NCBI GenBank assembly: GCA_951406725.2
Contig: OX597816.1
Coordinates: 127,224,001-127,288,000 of the forward strand
Length of the DNA stretch: 64,000 nucleotides
Source of the DNA: Octopus vulgaris
Lineage: Eukaryota
Direction of reading: 5' to 3'
Shown here: positions 27,100 through 39,449 of the stretch, one piece after another
How positions within the stretch are numbered: the stretch's first letter is position 1
Layout of the letters: each line of letters opens with the position of its first letter
Notes under the pieces: model-generated
Told to the model about the DNA's origin: nothing
What the model saw: only the letters and a program-made list of their open reading frames with translations
Database searches by the model: none
Translations under genes and position numbers: made by a program

Positions 27100-27432
27100 C
27101 TCTCAGATTCCTTGTCTTGCAAAGTTACTTGGTATCCCTGCCAGTGCAGGTGTCACTTAAAAAGCATCCACTTCACATTGTAAAGTGGTTGGTATCTGGA
27201 AGGGCACCCAGCTGTAAAAACCATGCCAAAACTGACCTCACCTTTTCAAGTGCCACATAAAAAGCAATCATCCCACTCTGCAGAGTGGCCGGTGTTATGA
27301 AGAGCATCTAGCCATAAAAACCATGCCACAAGCATGGCACAAAATGGACACAAGCATGGCACAGGCTCTTGCCTGGCCAGCTCCTGTCCATGCCAGCATG
27401 GAAGGAGGACATTAAAAGACAATGATGATGAA
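27100..27432 (+). mobile_element. RTE-type 3' UTR modules (two in tandem) with (GAT)n tail
   Basis: Two copies of the module AAAAAGCA..C..AGTGG..GGT...GAAG.GCA.C.AGC..TAAAAACCATGCCA, then CCAGCATGGAAGGAGGACATTAAA and GATGATG. Confidence 0.75.
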
Positions 27433-28409
27433 AATTCATCTCTCATGCTCTCTTCTATCTTTACCTTCCTATGTTGCTAACCACCACTCCCTCTCTCCCC
27501 TATTACTCACTGTTGACAGCCATACTACCCTCTAACTAAGAAATATGTAACTGCCAAGTGTCTCTATCCCACTACCCCTTATAATTTGTCTCTTTTCATT
27601 GCACCTTACATTAGTGCCTCTCTTCCATTACTCTCATCTCTCCTTCAATTACACCAATGCCAGAGTAATTATCATTGTTTCTCTTGTCTGTGTTTGTTTA
27701 TTTGTTTCATTCCCACACAACATCTGGATTTATAGAAAGGAAAATTTTTATCCATTCACCCATACAATCATGCATTACTGCCTTTCATCACAGAGGTAGC
27801 ATGGTGGGGAAAAGAGGGTGTGATAGAAAAAATAAGATTCACAAGCACAAGAGGATGGCAGAGGAGAGGGTAATGGATGAGAGCCTAATACATCAAATGG
27901 GATAGAAAATAGTAATAGAAGAGGGCAAATAGTAAATCATTAAGGAATAGAAGAGTTGGTAATGGAAGCATGAGAAATTGATAGAGTGGTAACTAGAAGA
28001 GTGAGAAAAGGAAAATGATGGAAGGTAGCAGAATGAAAATAGTGTAAGAGAGATAGAAGAGAATTAGCAGAGAAGTGACAAGATACAAAGAGGGTGAAAA
28101 TAAAATGTGGAAGGTAGCAGCAAGGGTAAGAGAAAGTGATAAGAGTGGACCAGGGTAAAAATATAGAAAAGCACATAACAGAGAATGCAAGAGAAAGGGA
28201 AAGAAGAAAGTCAGGAATAAAAAAGATGGCAAGAGAAAGCCATAGAAGAGATACAGGTTGATTAAATTGGGAGTAAATGGAGAGAATCAAAGTGAGTGAC
28301 GGGAGAAAGAGTATGATAAGGATTCAATGACAGAGGAGAAGGCCATGAAGAGAGGACAATGATAGGCTTTGACATGATAGTTGACTATAGGGAGCTTTAA
28401 TGAGAACAT

Positions 28410-29085
28410 TTTTTATGTTCGTTTTCATGTGTACAAAAGGTTAGATGGAGAATCCTTTGACATCTTCATAAGGTTCAATGTCTTGAGATCTGTTTTCATT
28501 ACTTCTTCTCACTTCCTTCTGTGTCCTCCTTTCATAGGTTCCATCCACTTAAAATGATCGGCACTCCTTTATACAAGTGACATTTTCCTTACATATCACA
28601 TGTCTATACTAGGGTAAAGACCCCCTTCGGTCATGAATGACCATGGGATTGCACCTAGAAAGTTACCCTCCTAGACACAAGTCCGGGCAAGGTTGTTTAT
28701 GGAAGACCAGCAGTCGCCCATGCATACCGGCCTCCCCTCTCCATGCCACCAGTGTTATCCAAGGGAAAGGCAAAGGGGCCGATACAGCTTGGCACCTGTG
28801 ACATCGCAACTCATTTCTACAGCTGAGTGAACTGGAGCAACGTGTCTTCCTATGTCATACATCTCTTATATCCAGTTTCACTTTCAGTTTAATTGTGCTT
28901 CATTTATTCATGCACACTAACATTATTCATCCAATAGAGCATGGTTCCTTCATTTCTTTCCAGTTTTTGCGAGGCCAGTACCTTCTTACTGTGCAGCATC
29001 ATGCTTCAAACACAAGCATTGTACAATCTATACTTCATTTCAAGAAAGAAGCATTTATTGTTAGTAGAGGAGTAGTTATCTGAAT
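28410..29085 (-). mobile_element. Old RTE LINE C-terminal fragment interrupted by a family D SINE
   Basis: Minus frames give RLYNACV and KLERNEGTMLYWMNNVSVH, homologous to the RTE C-terminal region at 42400 and 45300-45600. Confidence 0.6.
28611..28844 (-). mobile_element. SINE family D, 5'-truncated and CpG-retaining (younger) copy
   Basis: Matches 8890-9120. Confidence 0.85.
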
Positions 29086-29481
29086 ATTATGTATATATTT
29101 TTTCATTCTGTTTTATGTTCATTTACATATTGAGGCATTGTTATACAGCTAGATGCCCTTCCTGTCATTAACATTTACTAGTTTTGCAAGTAAGGAATCT
29201 TATATGCAACTTATCTTTGATGGCACAAAAACAACACACAATTTCGTAAACTGAAGAAATGAAAACTACCTCTCCTTGAAATTCAGTGTAAGAAGCACAA
29301 ATGTAAAAAACACCCAGACATCCTCTGAGCCCTCACAACCACAAATGTGGACTGGTGTTGATAATAATCAGGATCAGCAACAAACCTGTAATTAGGGACA
29401 TAAGTTACAATTATGTTGTGATCTTAGAATCGAAACTTGAATGATAAAATTGTATTGCAGAGTGCATCCATTCTCCTATAA

Positions 29482-29580
29482 TATGATATGATATGTGATG
29501 TGATGTGACGTGACGTGACGTGACGTGACGTGAAGTGAAGTGAAGTGAAGTGAAGTGATGTAATGTGATGTGATAGTATA
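29482..29580. repeat. Compound pentanucleotide microsatellite (ATATG)(TGATG)(TGACG)n(TGAAG)n
   Basis: Direct reading. Confidence 0.9.
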
Positions 29581-32500
29581 TTATTGTACAGTATAGTACA
29601 GTATTGTAAAACACAACACAAAACAACATAATTGAGTACATTCAAAGTCAAAGTACCAGTGTGTTTTAAGAGATGGGAAATGATAGGAAGGAAACAAAAT
29701 GTTTTCTTTTTGTTTGCACCAAATGAAGTGATATTTATTTATTCTAATTATTCCTTCCATTTGTAACTTACAATAATTTCGTAGTAATTTCGAACTCCAT
29801 ATTTTTTTAAATATTGTAAAACTCCTCATATTCAGCAGAAGCCTGTAGCATTGTTTAATCTTCTTTCATTTGCTCACATTTGTTTTAGAATACCTGCTCT
29901 TAATTTTTCCATTCACCCTTTGCCTCAGTGTTTTTCTGCTCATCTTTCCACCACAGCTTTCCATTCTATTCATGCAACAGAGGAATGCTGAAAATATTCC
30001 GTGCAATAGACAACTTATGTATCATTAACTTCTTTAAAACACTATTTATAATTATTTCTTTCGATAAAAAAAAGTTAAATCAATAGTAGTAGATCAGGTG
30101 TTAATTTCAATAGAAAATTTAATATTAATTAATTAATTTAATTTGTTTTTGTAATACTAGTGAATTACAATGTTTTAAGTGAAGTGTAATATCTCTTACA
30201 ACATGACATGTTTCTCAAGAAATATATCTTCAATATGATTCAATGAATAAATTTAAATTCATTTTCAAGTTTAGACGATAACAATAGAAAAAGGCACAAA
30301 TTAATAAAAATAAAATTCAGGACTTCATCTGATATCAGATTTCAGGTTTTGATCTGATAAAAATATAGTTATACTCCATGATTTTTTTATTGTATGTAAT
30401 GTTGATGAAGATGATAATGATGAAGCCACCACCAATGATGCCTACGATGATGCGGAGGACCATGGCTACTGTGACAAATATGATGTTATTTAACATTGAA
30501 TTCTGGAAGCATCTATTTTTAATAATTGCTTTCAAAACTTCATAAATTATTGGGTTTCAGGCTAAGGGTTAGCAAATTTTCTACAACTTTACTGCTCATT
30601 TTAGACAGTATTCAATTATCATAATTAAATTACTGCTAATTAAAACTAATGATAGATGCCATATTTGTGAGTTGCTTCAATATGTTATCTCATGGATTAA
30701 TCATGCTTGAATAAGTTGAGGTAATGATATGAGGTTAGAAAGGATGAAAAATGATAACCTAAAGGACTTGGGTTCTGGTTATTGTAAAGAGAATATTTTA
30801 AATTGATTTAATGAATAAAGCTAAATTTGTCTAAATTTTAAGATGTAAGATAACAACAATAGAAATGGTTCAGACATATATTTCCATATTGTAGGTCTTA
30901 ATCAGATATAAACTAATAAGGATGCAAAAAAAAGAACTTGTGATATTTTGTGAAGAACTTTAGATTAACCACTTTAATGTAGACTATTTATATAAAACAT
31001 TAGTTTGACATAATTCAGATTAATCATATACCATCTACATAAATTAGAATATTTCATAGATAAAATTCTGGGGAAAATATAGCACCTGTTCCTAATAGAT
31101 AACTAGAGGTAGAAATAATAGAATTTGATATACATTTTGTGTCTGAATAAAAAAATTTAAATGCTGAGTACAAGAATTTGGTGTTGAATATTTAAAATTT
31201 AGCTATTTTGTTTCTGTAGAATAAATAATACTTGATTCTGATCTTGAAGCATTAAGAATTATTATTATTTGTTATATGTAAACTATAGCAAACAGAATTA
31301 TGTATTACACAGAATAAGAGTAAAATGAGTTTTTGTTTTCCTTTGATCCTTGTGATAGTCTTAATGATTAACAAAACTGTTATATTTATCAAAAACATTA
31401 AAGAGTTTTTTTTATCAAAAGAAATAATAATTATAAATACTGTTTTAAAGAAGTTAAACGTTGTCTTTTGTGAAAAGATTCATTGAAATACTACTTAAAA
31501 GCCTTTATCAAATAAAAGATGATGTTTAGTTTATTTATCAAATTGTGTTCATTTTAATCCTTGAACAAAATATTTATCAAATCCTTTGTCAAAATATTTC
31601 ATTTGATATTAGATGAGTTCTCTTTCTCGGACTTTTTACTTCGATGTAAGCTTTCGCTTTTGCTTAAAATATGAGAGACTTTATTTAGAAACTTAATATA
31701 TAAATGCATTTCTAAATAAATGTATTTCTTGATTTTATTAAACAGAAACATATAAAAAAAAGTGTTTTAATACATTCTATTAGATTAACAATTAGTAGTT
31801 AATTACACGTGGAAATGCTTAAGCTGATATAAGTAGGAGCTAAATGATATAAGCAATAAGCGTTAAATGAATCTCAATTATTTAAGCAAGTGTAACTAAT
31901 ATAGAGTTTTAATTTAAGCTTTTCCTTTAGTAATGCTGTGATAACAGAATGATTCTACTTCTTGTAGATATTACTCCATCATATGCAAAAATGTGAATTA
32001 GAATGAGAGTCATAGAAGAAAAACATTGCCATGACTAATTATTTTGCTAAATTTTCTGAAAATATATTTAGTGGAGGATCAGATAAACTGAAAGTAATAA
32101 AAACAAATGATGATGGAAGATGACAAAAGCATAAGTTGGCAAAGGGTCAAGTATCAAACGTGTCATGAATCATTGCTTATGGTTCACATTTGACATTACA
32201 AGTGGAAATCAAAAATTAAAGAGCAATGAAAAGAGGATATTGAGGAAATCAGTTATGTAATCTGAAAGTAGAAAGATTTTTTTAAATTATTTCAAGATTT
32301 AAAAAGCTTAATAACATAAATGTTGGATACTATTATTAGTTTGAATGAACATTTGAAAGATGTAAAAATATGACGAGAATTAAAGATACAAAGTAAAAAA
32401 AACACTGTTTATTGAAGGCAGGATTTATATTATTAAATGTGAAAGGCCAAAGAAATTTAGCGTGAAATGAAATAAAAAAAAAAAAACAATGTGAATATTG

Positions 32501-32663
32501 CAAAAGATTAAACGTGATAAATAGCTGCATGAGCCAATGAAAACTTCTGATAATCTTTCATCTTCATCCTTTGTTAAAACTTTATAACAAAATTTGCTAC
32601 TAAAATACTATTTAATAATATTTATAATGCAAATATTAACACATTTATAAAACTATAATATAA

Positions 32664-32664
<1 letters not shown>

Positions 32665-32729
<65 letters not shown>

Positions 32730-32746
32730 GTATGTATGTATATATA

Positions 32747-32779
<33 letters not shown>

Positions 32780-33012
32780 GTATGTATGTATATATATATA
32801 TGTGTGTATGTATGTATATATATGTATATAAATATATATGAATGTATATATATATATATTACAATATATATGCATCAATTTATATAATCCACACACATAT
32901 ATATGTATATATATATAATATATATATATGAATGTATATATATATATTGCAATATATATGCATCAATTTATATAATCCACACATATATATGTATATATAT
33001 ATATATACATAT
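32665..33012. repeat. (TA)n/(TATG)n microsatellite with a ~90-bp higher-order duplication
   Basis: ATGAATGTATATA...ATATATATGCATCAATTTATATAATCCACACA occurs twice, at about 32838 and 32927. Confidence 0.9.
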
Positions 33013-35013
33013 TGCCTGTTTAGAAAGTAGCTCCAGCTTGTAATATAATTAACAGAGTATATTCATCTTTTTATATCTTTTGAGGCTTACAGAAATTTTC
33101 TCCAAACAAAAAAATGAGAAACATTAATAATATTAACTGTTATATCACATGACTGATAAAAGTAACACTAGTTCTAAAAAATATATAATCATAATATTTT
33201 AGCCATTGGTTTGACAGCAATTATTGATATTCATGTCTGTGGTATATTTCTTACCCCTGTAAAGATAATATTTTTTTCTTTGATCTATGTTTTCTTTTGT
33301 GTGTTTTTCTTATAATTTATTAGCTATTTCTCTTTTTGAAAAAATACTACACTAAGAATTTAAGCTTTATAAAATGCAATGGAATGTTTATGCCCCAATA
33401 GTCCTTTCTATTGCACATTTCAAGTTGAACAGTTTATGCCATAGTGGCAAAGTTTATGGTTGAAGGACCACATCACACAGTGATTTTATCTTATCTTTGT
33501 AAACAGCAACAGAAAAGAAGTGAAATTCTTCTGTAACAGAAAAATAGCAAATATCATTACATCTTGTCTGGTGTCTGTGTGCAGGAATAAAAATATGCAA
33601 CTTATTCCCAGGCTGTTAGAAATGAAAATTTGCCAGTCTCTCCTGTTGACTCTAGAAATATAAGTATTCTGATGAAGTTAACTATGTGTTGACTAAACTG
33701 ACCTTTTCAGCTAAATATTTTTATTACTTTGCTTGAATGTAGATATTTCCCTATTTTAAGTTGGTTTCATATACCACAAAACTTGAGTATTCAGAAATAT
33801 TCATTCATTTAGTTATAAACTATGGACCAAGTAGAAAATATCAGGACTATCAAATGATTCAGTCTGATTGAATGTATGTGCTTTCATTTAATTCACATGA
33901 ACATAGAAATGATTATTTTCTGAAATTCTGGCTGAAAATCAACCCCTGAACCCATCCTATATCACCTGCTTTCTTTATTGCTCCACAATTCCTTCCATTC
34001 ACATCTAATTCTTGCATTGTCTTCATGAACTTAGATCATCAGTCAGAACTGACGACTATCTGGGATAATACTACTTTACCATGCACATTTCTTCATAATT
34101 CAGGAAGATGGTGATTGCATTCACAAAAACAATTTTTTGCTAAATTAGATTTGCCTTTTAGTTGGAGAAGGAAAACAAAAACTGAATAGCAATTTTCAGT
34201 TATTCTCAAAGGAAACATATTTCATGAAGTTAAAAATTTGACAGAAAATGAGTTTTCATATCCAAAGGACTTAGTGCCTAAATAACAACTACATGCATGG
34301 TTTTGTCTTATTAGACCTCATGAGCAAAGCAATGGATACTCTCAATTCTTCATAGTTGTCCCCATCTAATTACAGAAAATTAGCTAGAACACAAGAAAAC
34401 AAGACAAAGTCTTTTCAATAAAGTCAGCTGATTATCTCACTTCATATTCATAAATGATGCATGAAACATTATTTAAAACCCTCTTATTATCTAGTCTTCC
34501 TTATTTTATTAAATTATTCAGCAACACTACTTTTGAGTCTCTTTGCCACTGCATTTATCTAAGCTAATTTATCAATTACATTACCAAAATGCCACTTTTA
34601 TAAAAGAGTTCACATGAATCATTTTTGCTTTATTCCAGAGATTGTTTTGTTGTCTTGTGTTGGTATTTAGTGTTTCAACTAAGCACCATGTAGAATATGT
34701 GGTATGTGAATTGTGTTATTTTGTTTGTTGCAGATTAGAGTTGGTATGTGCTGTGTGAATTGTTGATATGAGGGATGTATTATAGTATTGACAAATGATT
34801 ATATAAGGGTGTTTGCTATGTTATTTTGTTGTAGGGGTGGATGTTAGACTATGTACTGTGTGGTTGTGCTATGCTATCAGATGATAGATTGCACTTTTTT
34901 AGTCACATTAATGCATTTACTGATGATTATATGAAGTATGTGTTGTGTAAATCATTCTGTAGAAATGAAAGTTCCTTAAGTCAGGGGGTGGGGCGTATTT
35001 TTAAAACCGTTTG

Positions 35014-35634
35014 TAAGTCCTGGAGTAAAGTCATTATAAGTTATGGAGTAAAGATTGTTTGTCAACATAACATGGCAGTCCTGGTTTAGGAAGAATGTTG
35101 CTGTAATTTAGTCCCAGGAGACATCGTCTCCAGCTGGCTATATAACATGATGTGTCCTTTTATTTTCAAACAAGAGAATCTAGGACTGCATTATTATGTT
35201 GGCAACAATCTTTACTCCAAAGTACAGTTGCTGAATATCTCTCGTGGTGAGATTTACAAATAGTAATTTTCTAATGTATAGGTCAGTGACTAGCTGTCAC
35301 TTTGAAAACTATATATTTCGAATGGGAATTTGGCAGTGCCACCCCTAGCTGAACAATTATTCTGTGCTGATGAAGGGAAATAACCAAGAAATTGTGATAC
35401 ACAGATATTGTTTTGAGCTTAGTGGGGATGTTAGATTCCCTTGTTTGAAAATATAAGGACACAGATCATGTCGTATAGCCAGCTGGAGACGATTCTCCTG
35501 GAGCTATATTACAGCAACATTCATCCTAAACCAGGACTGCCATGTTATGTTGGCAAACAATCTCCAAAGTACTGTTACTGAATATTTCTCATTGTGAGAT
35601 TTACAAATAGTAATTTTCTAAGTTATAAGTCCTG
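35014..35634 (+). mobile_element. Penelope pLTR / retrozyme-like repeat: ~350-bp partial tandem unit plus inverted arm
   Basis: 35182-35274 is directly repeated at 35533-35621. 35045-35182 is the reverse complement of ~35432-35565. Candidate 9-bp TSD TAAGTCCTG at 35014-35022 and 35626-35634. Contains a hammerhead motif. Confidence 0.75.
35361..35405 (+). ncRNA. Minimal type-I hammerhead ribozyme motif
   Basis: TCTGTG-CTGATGA-A-GGGAAATAACC-AA-GAAA-TTGTG-ATA-CACAGA. Perfect 6-bp stem I and canonical CUGAUGA/GAAA core, with AUA cleavage triplet. Stem II is weak. Confidence 0.7.
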
Positions 35635-35939
35635 ATATGTATGTTTTTTATTTTGTTCTTTAATGTACATAGATTACTAACTGTTATTGGTACTGTTTTT
35701 AATTTCTTATTCCTTGTCCTACTTATTTCCATTTCAATCTCTTTTGATAGTTTCTCAACTTCCTTCATGACAATATTTTATTCAATGTACTTAGATATTC
35801 ATGCTTGTCTTCAATAATTATATTTAGACATTTTCCTTATCTCTTTATTAGTTTAGACCATCACGTTCCAGATTGTTATAACTCGATCACTATCATGTAA
35901 TATGTTTGAAACATGTCAGTCTACCTCAAAGGTTTCATA

Positions 35940-36150
35940 CTGGTTCCAAATTTTGGCACAAGACCAACAAGTTGAGTGTTAGGTCGATTACTTCAACCCT
36001 AATGATCAACTAGTACTTATTTTATTGAACCCGAAAGGACGAGAGGAAAAATTGGCCATGGCGACATTTGAATCTCAGAACATAAAGATGGATGAAATAC
36101 CACTAAGCATTTTTCCAACGTGGTAACAATTCTGTCTGCTCACCACCTTA
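35940..36150 (-). mobile_element. SINE family B
   Basis: Matches 12170-12385. Confidence 0.85.
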
Positions 36151-37069
36151 AAGGCTTTTGTATTGCTATATCAGCATATAACCTAATGGTCATTGCTGAC
36201 AACTTGATAGCTATGGATATATTTTGATTTTGTTAGAACTAAGTCACTAGATATCATATATTCAATTGTATATTGTTATTTGAGCTTTCAGTGAGTAGAT
36301 AACAGATCCACAGCAACCAGTTTCAGATCTTTCACTTCTATATTTAAACCATTATAGGCATTCTGTCTAAGTTATTTCCTCTTTCAAATCATGCAGGACA
36401 TTAACTATGTAGTAGTTTTTCTTTAACCACACTTTTTCTGTGGTATATATTAAAATTCCATTGTGATTCTATGAATATATGTTAATATGTGTATGCATGT
36501 ATGTATGTTTGCACATGTACACACACACACACATATTTATATATATATTATATATATTATATATATATTATATATATATATATATATATGTATGTATATA
36601 CGAACACACATAATTTTTTGTTTTTGTCTATCTAATTTTTTTCTGCAGTGTCTATGAGTACATGTATGAATGTGTGTGTATGTATATATATATATTAGTT
36701 TATAAATTCTTTGGTTGGTTTGTCCTTATCTAAAGATTTTTCTTCACCATAGTTACTTTCTTGTCTATATTTTATTGATTACTTTTATATAATGAAAGCG
36801 ATTTTTCCTTTGTTCATATTCCCATATCACACTAAACAGTTTCTCTTTTATTTTCAATATGTCTTCTTAGATCAAATCATTTAGAAAACAAATTTCAAAA
36901 ATGGATTGTTTTAATTTGTCTTACTAAATTTTGTATCACCATAATATTAAAAATTAATACCCACCCCAACACATCCACTGTTCACATTGTAAAATGATTG
37001 TTTCAATGAGCATAGAAAGTGTAAGGTTATGTGGTCCGTCACTCCAAGGACTGTTCAACCTCCCAGCGT

Positions 37070-37265
37070 TGGTACCATAAGAAAATGCACCCAATACATT
37101 CTGTAAGGTAATTGACATTAGGGAGGGCATCCAGCTGTAGAAATTTAGCCATACAAATGGCACATACAAGTATCCTGTCTTTGGTAGCTGTAGATCTCAA
37201 TGGAAGGTAGCTGAGATCATAACATCCCATCTAATTTATACCAACATGGAAAATTATTGTGATGA
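37070..37265 (+). mobile_element. Degraded RTE 3' UTR
   Basis: ATTAGGGAGGGCATCCAGCTGTAGAAA ... CCAACATGGAAAA..GATGAT. Confidence 0.6.
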
Positions 37266-38099
37266 TTAGCTTTAAATTTATTCTGAATGTTTGGTAATAT
37301 TTCCTTTTCCCTTTATGAGTCATTAAGGATTCTTTGTGTTCTTTCTCTAACCAAAAGGAAAATTTCAGCTGATTAAAAAACTTTCTCATTCATCATTATG
37401 TACATCAACATCTACATGATTTATATAAAATAGTTTAATTGTTTAAAATCTGAATTTTATTTTTCAAGGCAACTTTGGAGAAAATATATTAGTAACCATA
37501 ATAGGATTATAAAAATTATATAGATAAGGACACTCACTTGAAGAGATAAGAATGAATGTATATATTGTAGCATTGGAATGAAATAAGGTGTTTTTTCAGA
37601 CAGGGTTCTTCACACACACACACACACAAAATGTACATGTATACAGGAAAATTATTCTAGAGACTTTTCTAAATAAACATGTCCTTCACCTGAAGAAAAA
37701 AAATCTAAATTACCTTCTCAAAAAGTGAAGTGGCCATCTTTTAAAGACATGGAATTTAGTCAATAATTTTTAAAGTATCTATATCCAAGAATGATTGACA
37801 AAAATCATTGTTCGCTAACTCCACCTACCAAACATTTGTTTGAATATTAAGCTATAACCTACTTTTTAGCCAATCAAATTCATGTTTGAAAGAAAATCTT
37901 TTTTATATAATTGCTTCATTTTCTCTCAAAATTTTTTCTATCTATTTTCCAAATGAAATAGATGACAGTGCTAAAATTTTTAAAAACGCCATATCAATTC
38001 ATATTTTCATTGATGTTAAGTGAAGATTATTTAAATATTCAAAAGAAAATTGGAATAATTTTGTTGTTTTTTAGTAGTTATTTTCCTAAAGTATATAGT

Positions 38100-38260
38100 C
38101 ACAAGCATAGCTGGATGATTGAGATGTTTGCTTCCTGACTACATGATTTCAGCTCGGTCCCACTACATAGCATCTTGAGCAAGTGTCTTCTACTATAGTC
38201 TTGAACCAACCAAAATCTTGAGAGTAGATTTGATAGACAGAAACTGCAACAGGCCAATTG
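38100..38260 (+). mobile_element. SINE family A, 5' half, diverged
   Basis: CTTGAGCAAGTGTCTTCTACTATAG ... GAGTAGATTTGATAGACAGAAACTG. Confidence 0.75.
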
Positions 38261-38440
38261 TAGATATATGGGTGTTTGTATATAATTATATGCATACATA
38301 CATGCATATATAATTATATGTGTACATACATACACACATGTATGTATATATGTATTAATGTTTGTTTTTATGATATGCTATAAACAATTTTACATTAAAT
38401 TAAAGGATTAATCAAAGCATTTTGTCGAGTACACATTTAG

Positions 38441-38572
38441 TATTCTTTAGCAAGAATATTTTTGACAGGGACTTCAAAGTTTCAGTCAGCTAATCCACTA
38501 CTAGACTTCCGCTTTTGAGTTAGCTGAGCAAAACTTTTAAGTCACTGTCAATGCTATTCTTGTCAAAGAATA
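38441..38572. repeat. Palindromic MITE-like hairpin (~55-bp imperfect arms, TA ends)
   Basis: TATTCTTTAGCAAGAATATTTTTGACAGGGACTTCAAAGTTTCAGTCAGCTAA pairs with TTAGCTGAGCAAAACTTTTAAGTCACTGTCAATGCTATTCTTGTCAAAGAATA. Confidence 0.8.
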
Positions 38573-38692
38573 ATATGTATATATATATATATATATAAGA
38601 TGGATGGAGGTGGAAATAGCACAAAAGTAAATCTGAGACATTTCAGTTTAAGAAGCAATGTAATAACACGGTTTAATATATTATATAAAGAA

Positions 38693-38735
38693 AATATTAC
38701 TGGTTTCGATGATGAATCTCATCTTATCAAATATC
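38693..38735 (-). ncRNA. Minimal type-I hammerhead ribozyme motif, U3/A8 core variant
   Basis: Minus strand GATAT-TTGATAA-GATGA-gattca-TCATC-GAAA-CCAG-TA-ATATT. 5-bp stem I (one G-U), perfect 5-bp stem II closed by G-C, GUA triplet. Lies in a ~140-bp insert between (TA)n tracts. Confidence 0.6.
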
Positions 38736-39059
38736 AGTATATATATACACTTATGCATAGCCATGCATACATGTGCAGTAATATTAAAATGCAGAATTTT
38801 ATTTCCTAATGGAAACAAGAATTGAAAAGGTTGTCAACTTTGTACAAGGAAAATTCATAATTATAGATAACTGCTAAAGAATTCTAAAAAATTAATTATA
38901 TATTCTTTATTAAAAGCAAGATAACAGACTGAACCTAGTATCAAATAAAAATTGAAATGAGATGTCAAAATACTTATATTCTTCATTATTATAGTTATAT
39001 TGGGACAGAAAGTTGCTTTCAAATTAAAATGCTAATTTATAGATGTATATCATAATATC

Positions 39060-39300
39060 AAGATTTGGAAATTATGATTTCGTTGATGAAGTAACAGACA
39101 ACAGTGTTTAAGTGAAATTTTTATTGTTTACAAATATAATTTGGTTAAGAATATTATGAGGGAAATGTCAAACTTACTTGTCACTCTGTCTCAATATTTC
39201 AAAAGAAGCAACTTCAGGAACTTTAATTTACTTGACTAAAAAAAAATAATGAGATGGATTTCTGATAAAATATTTCACTTGAAATGAGTAAAAGGAGATA
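39060..39300 (+). mobile_element. Possible very degraded mariner transposase N-terminal relic
   Basis: SRFGNYDFVDE and NIMREMSNLL resemble the mariner motifs rFrsGnfdleDe and TtRElae.l. Confidence 0.25.
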
Positions 39301-39449
39301 CTGGGTTTTGAAATAGAAGAAGTACTCCCTGTTTCGCTGAATATTTTATAAAAATTTAATTATTCTTTATCACCACCTAAAAGTGAATGTTGTGTTAAAA
39401 CACAGAATACTATAATAGTTACCATGAGAAAGCAGAAGTAGTTATATTA

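Noticed and set aside
27900-28380. Hydrophobic minus-strand ORFs (116 and 79 aa) resembling membrane proteins
   Set aside because: They result from a purine-rich low-complexity tract.
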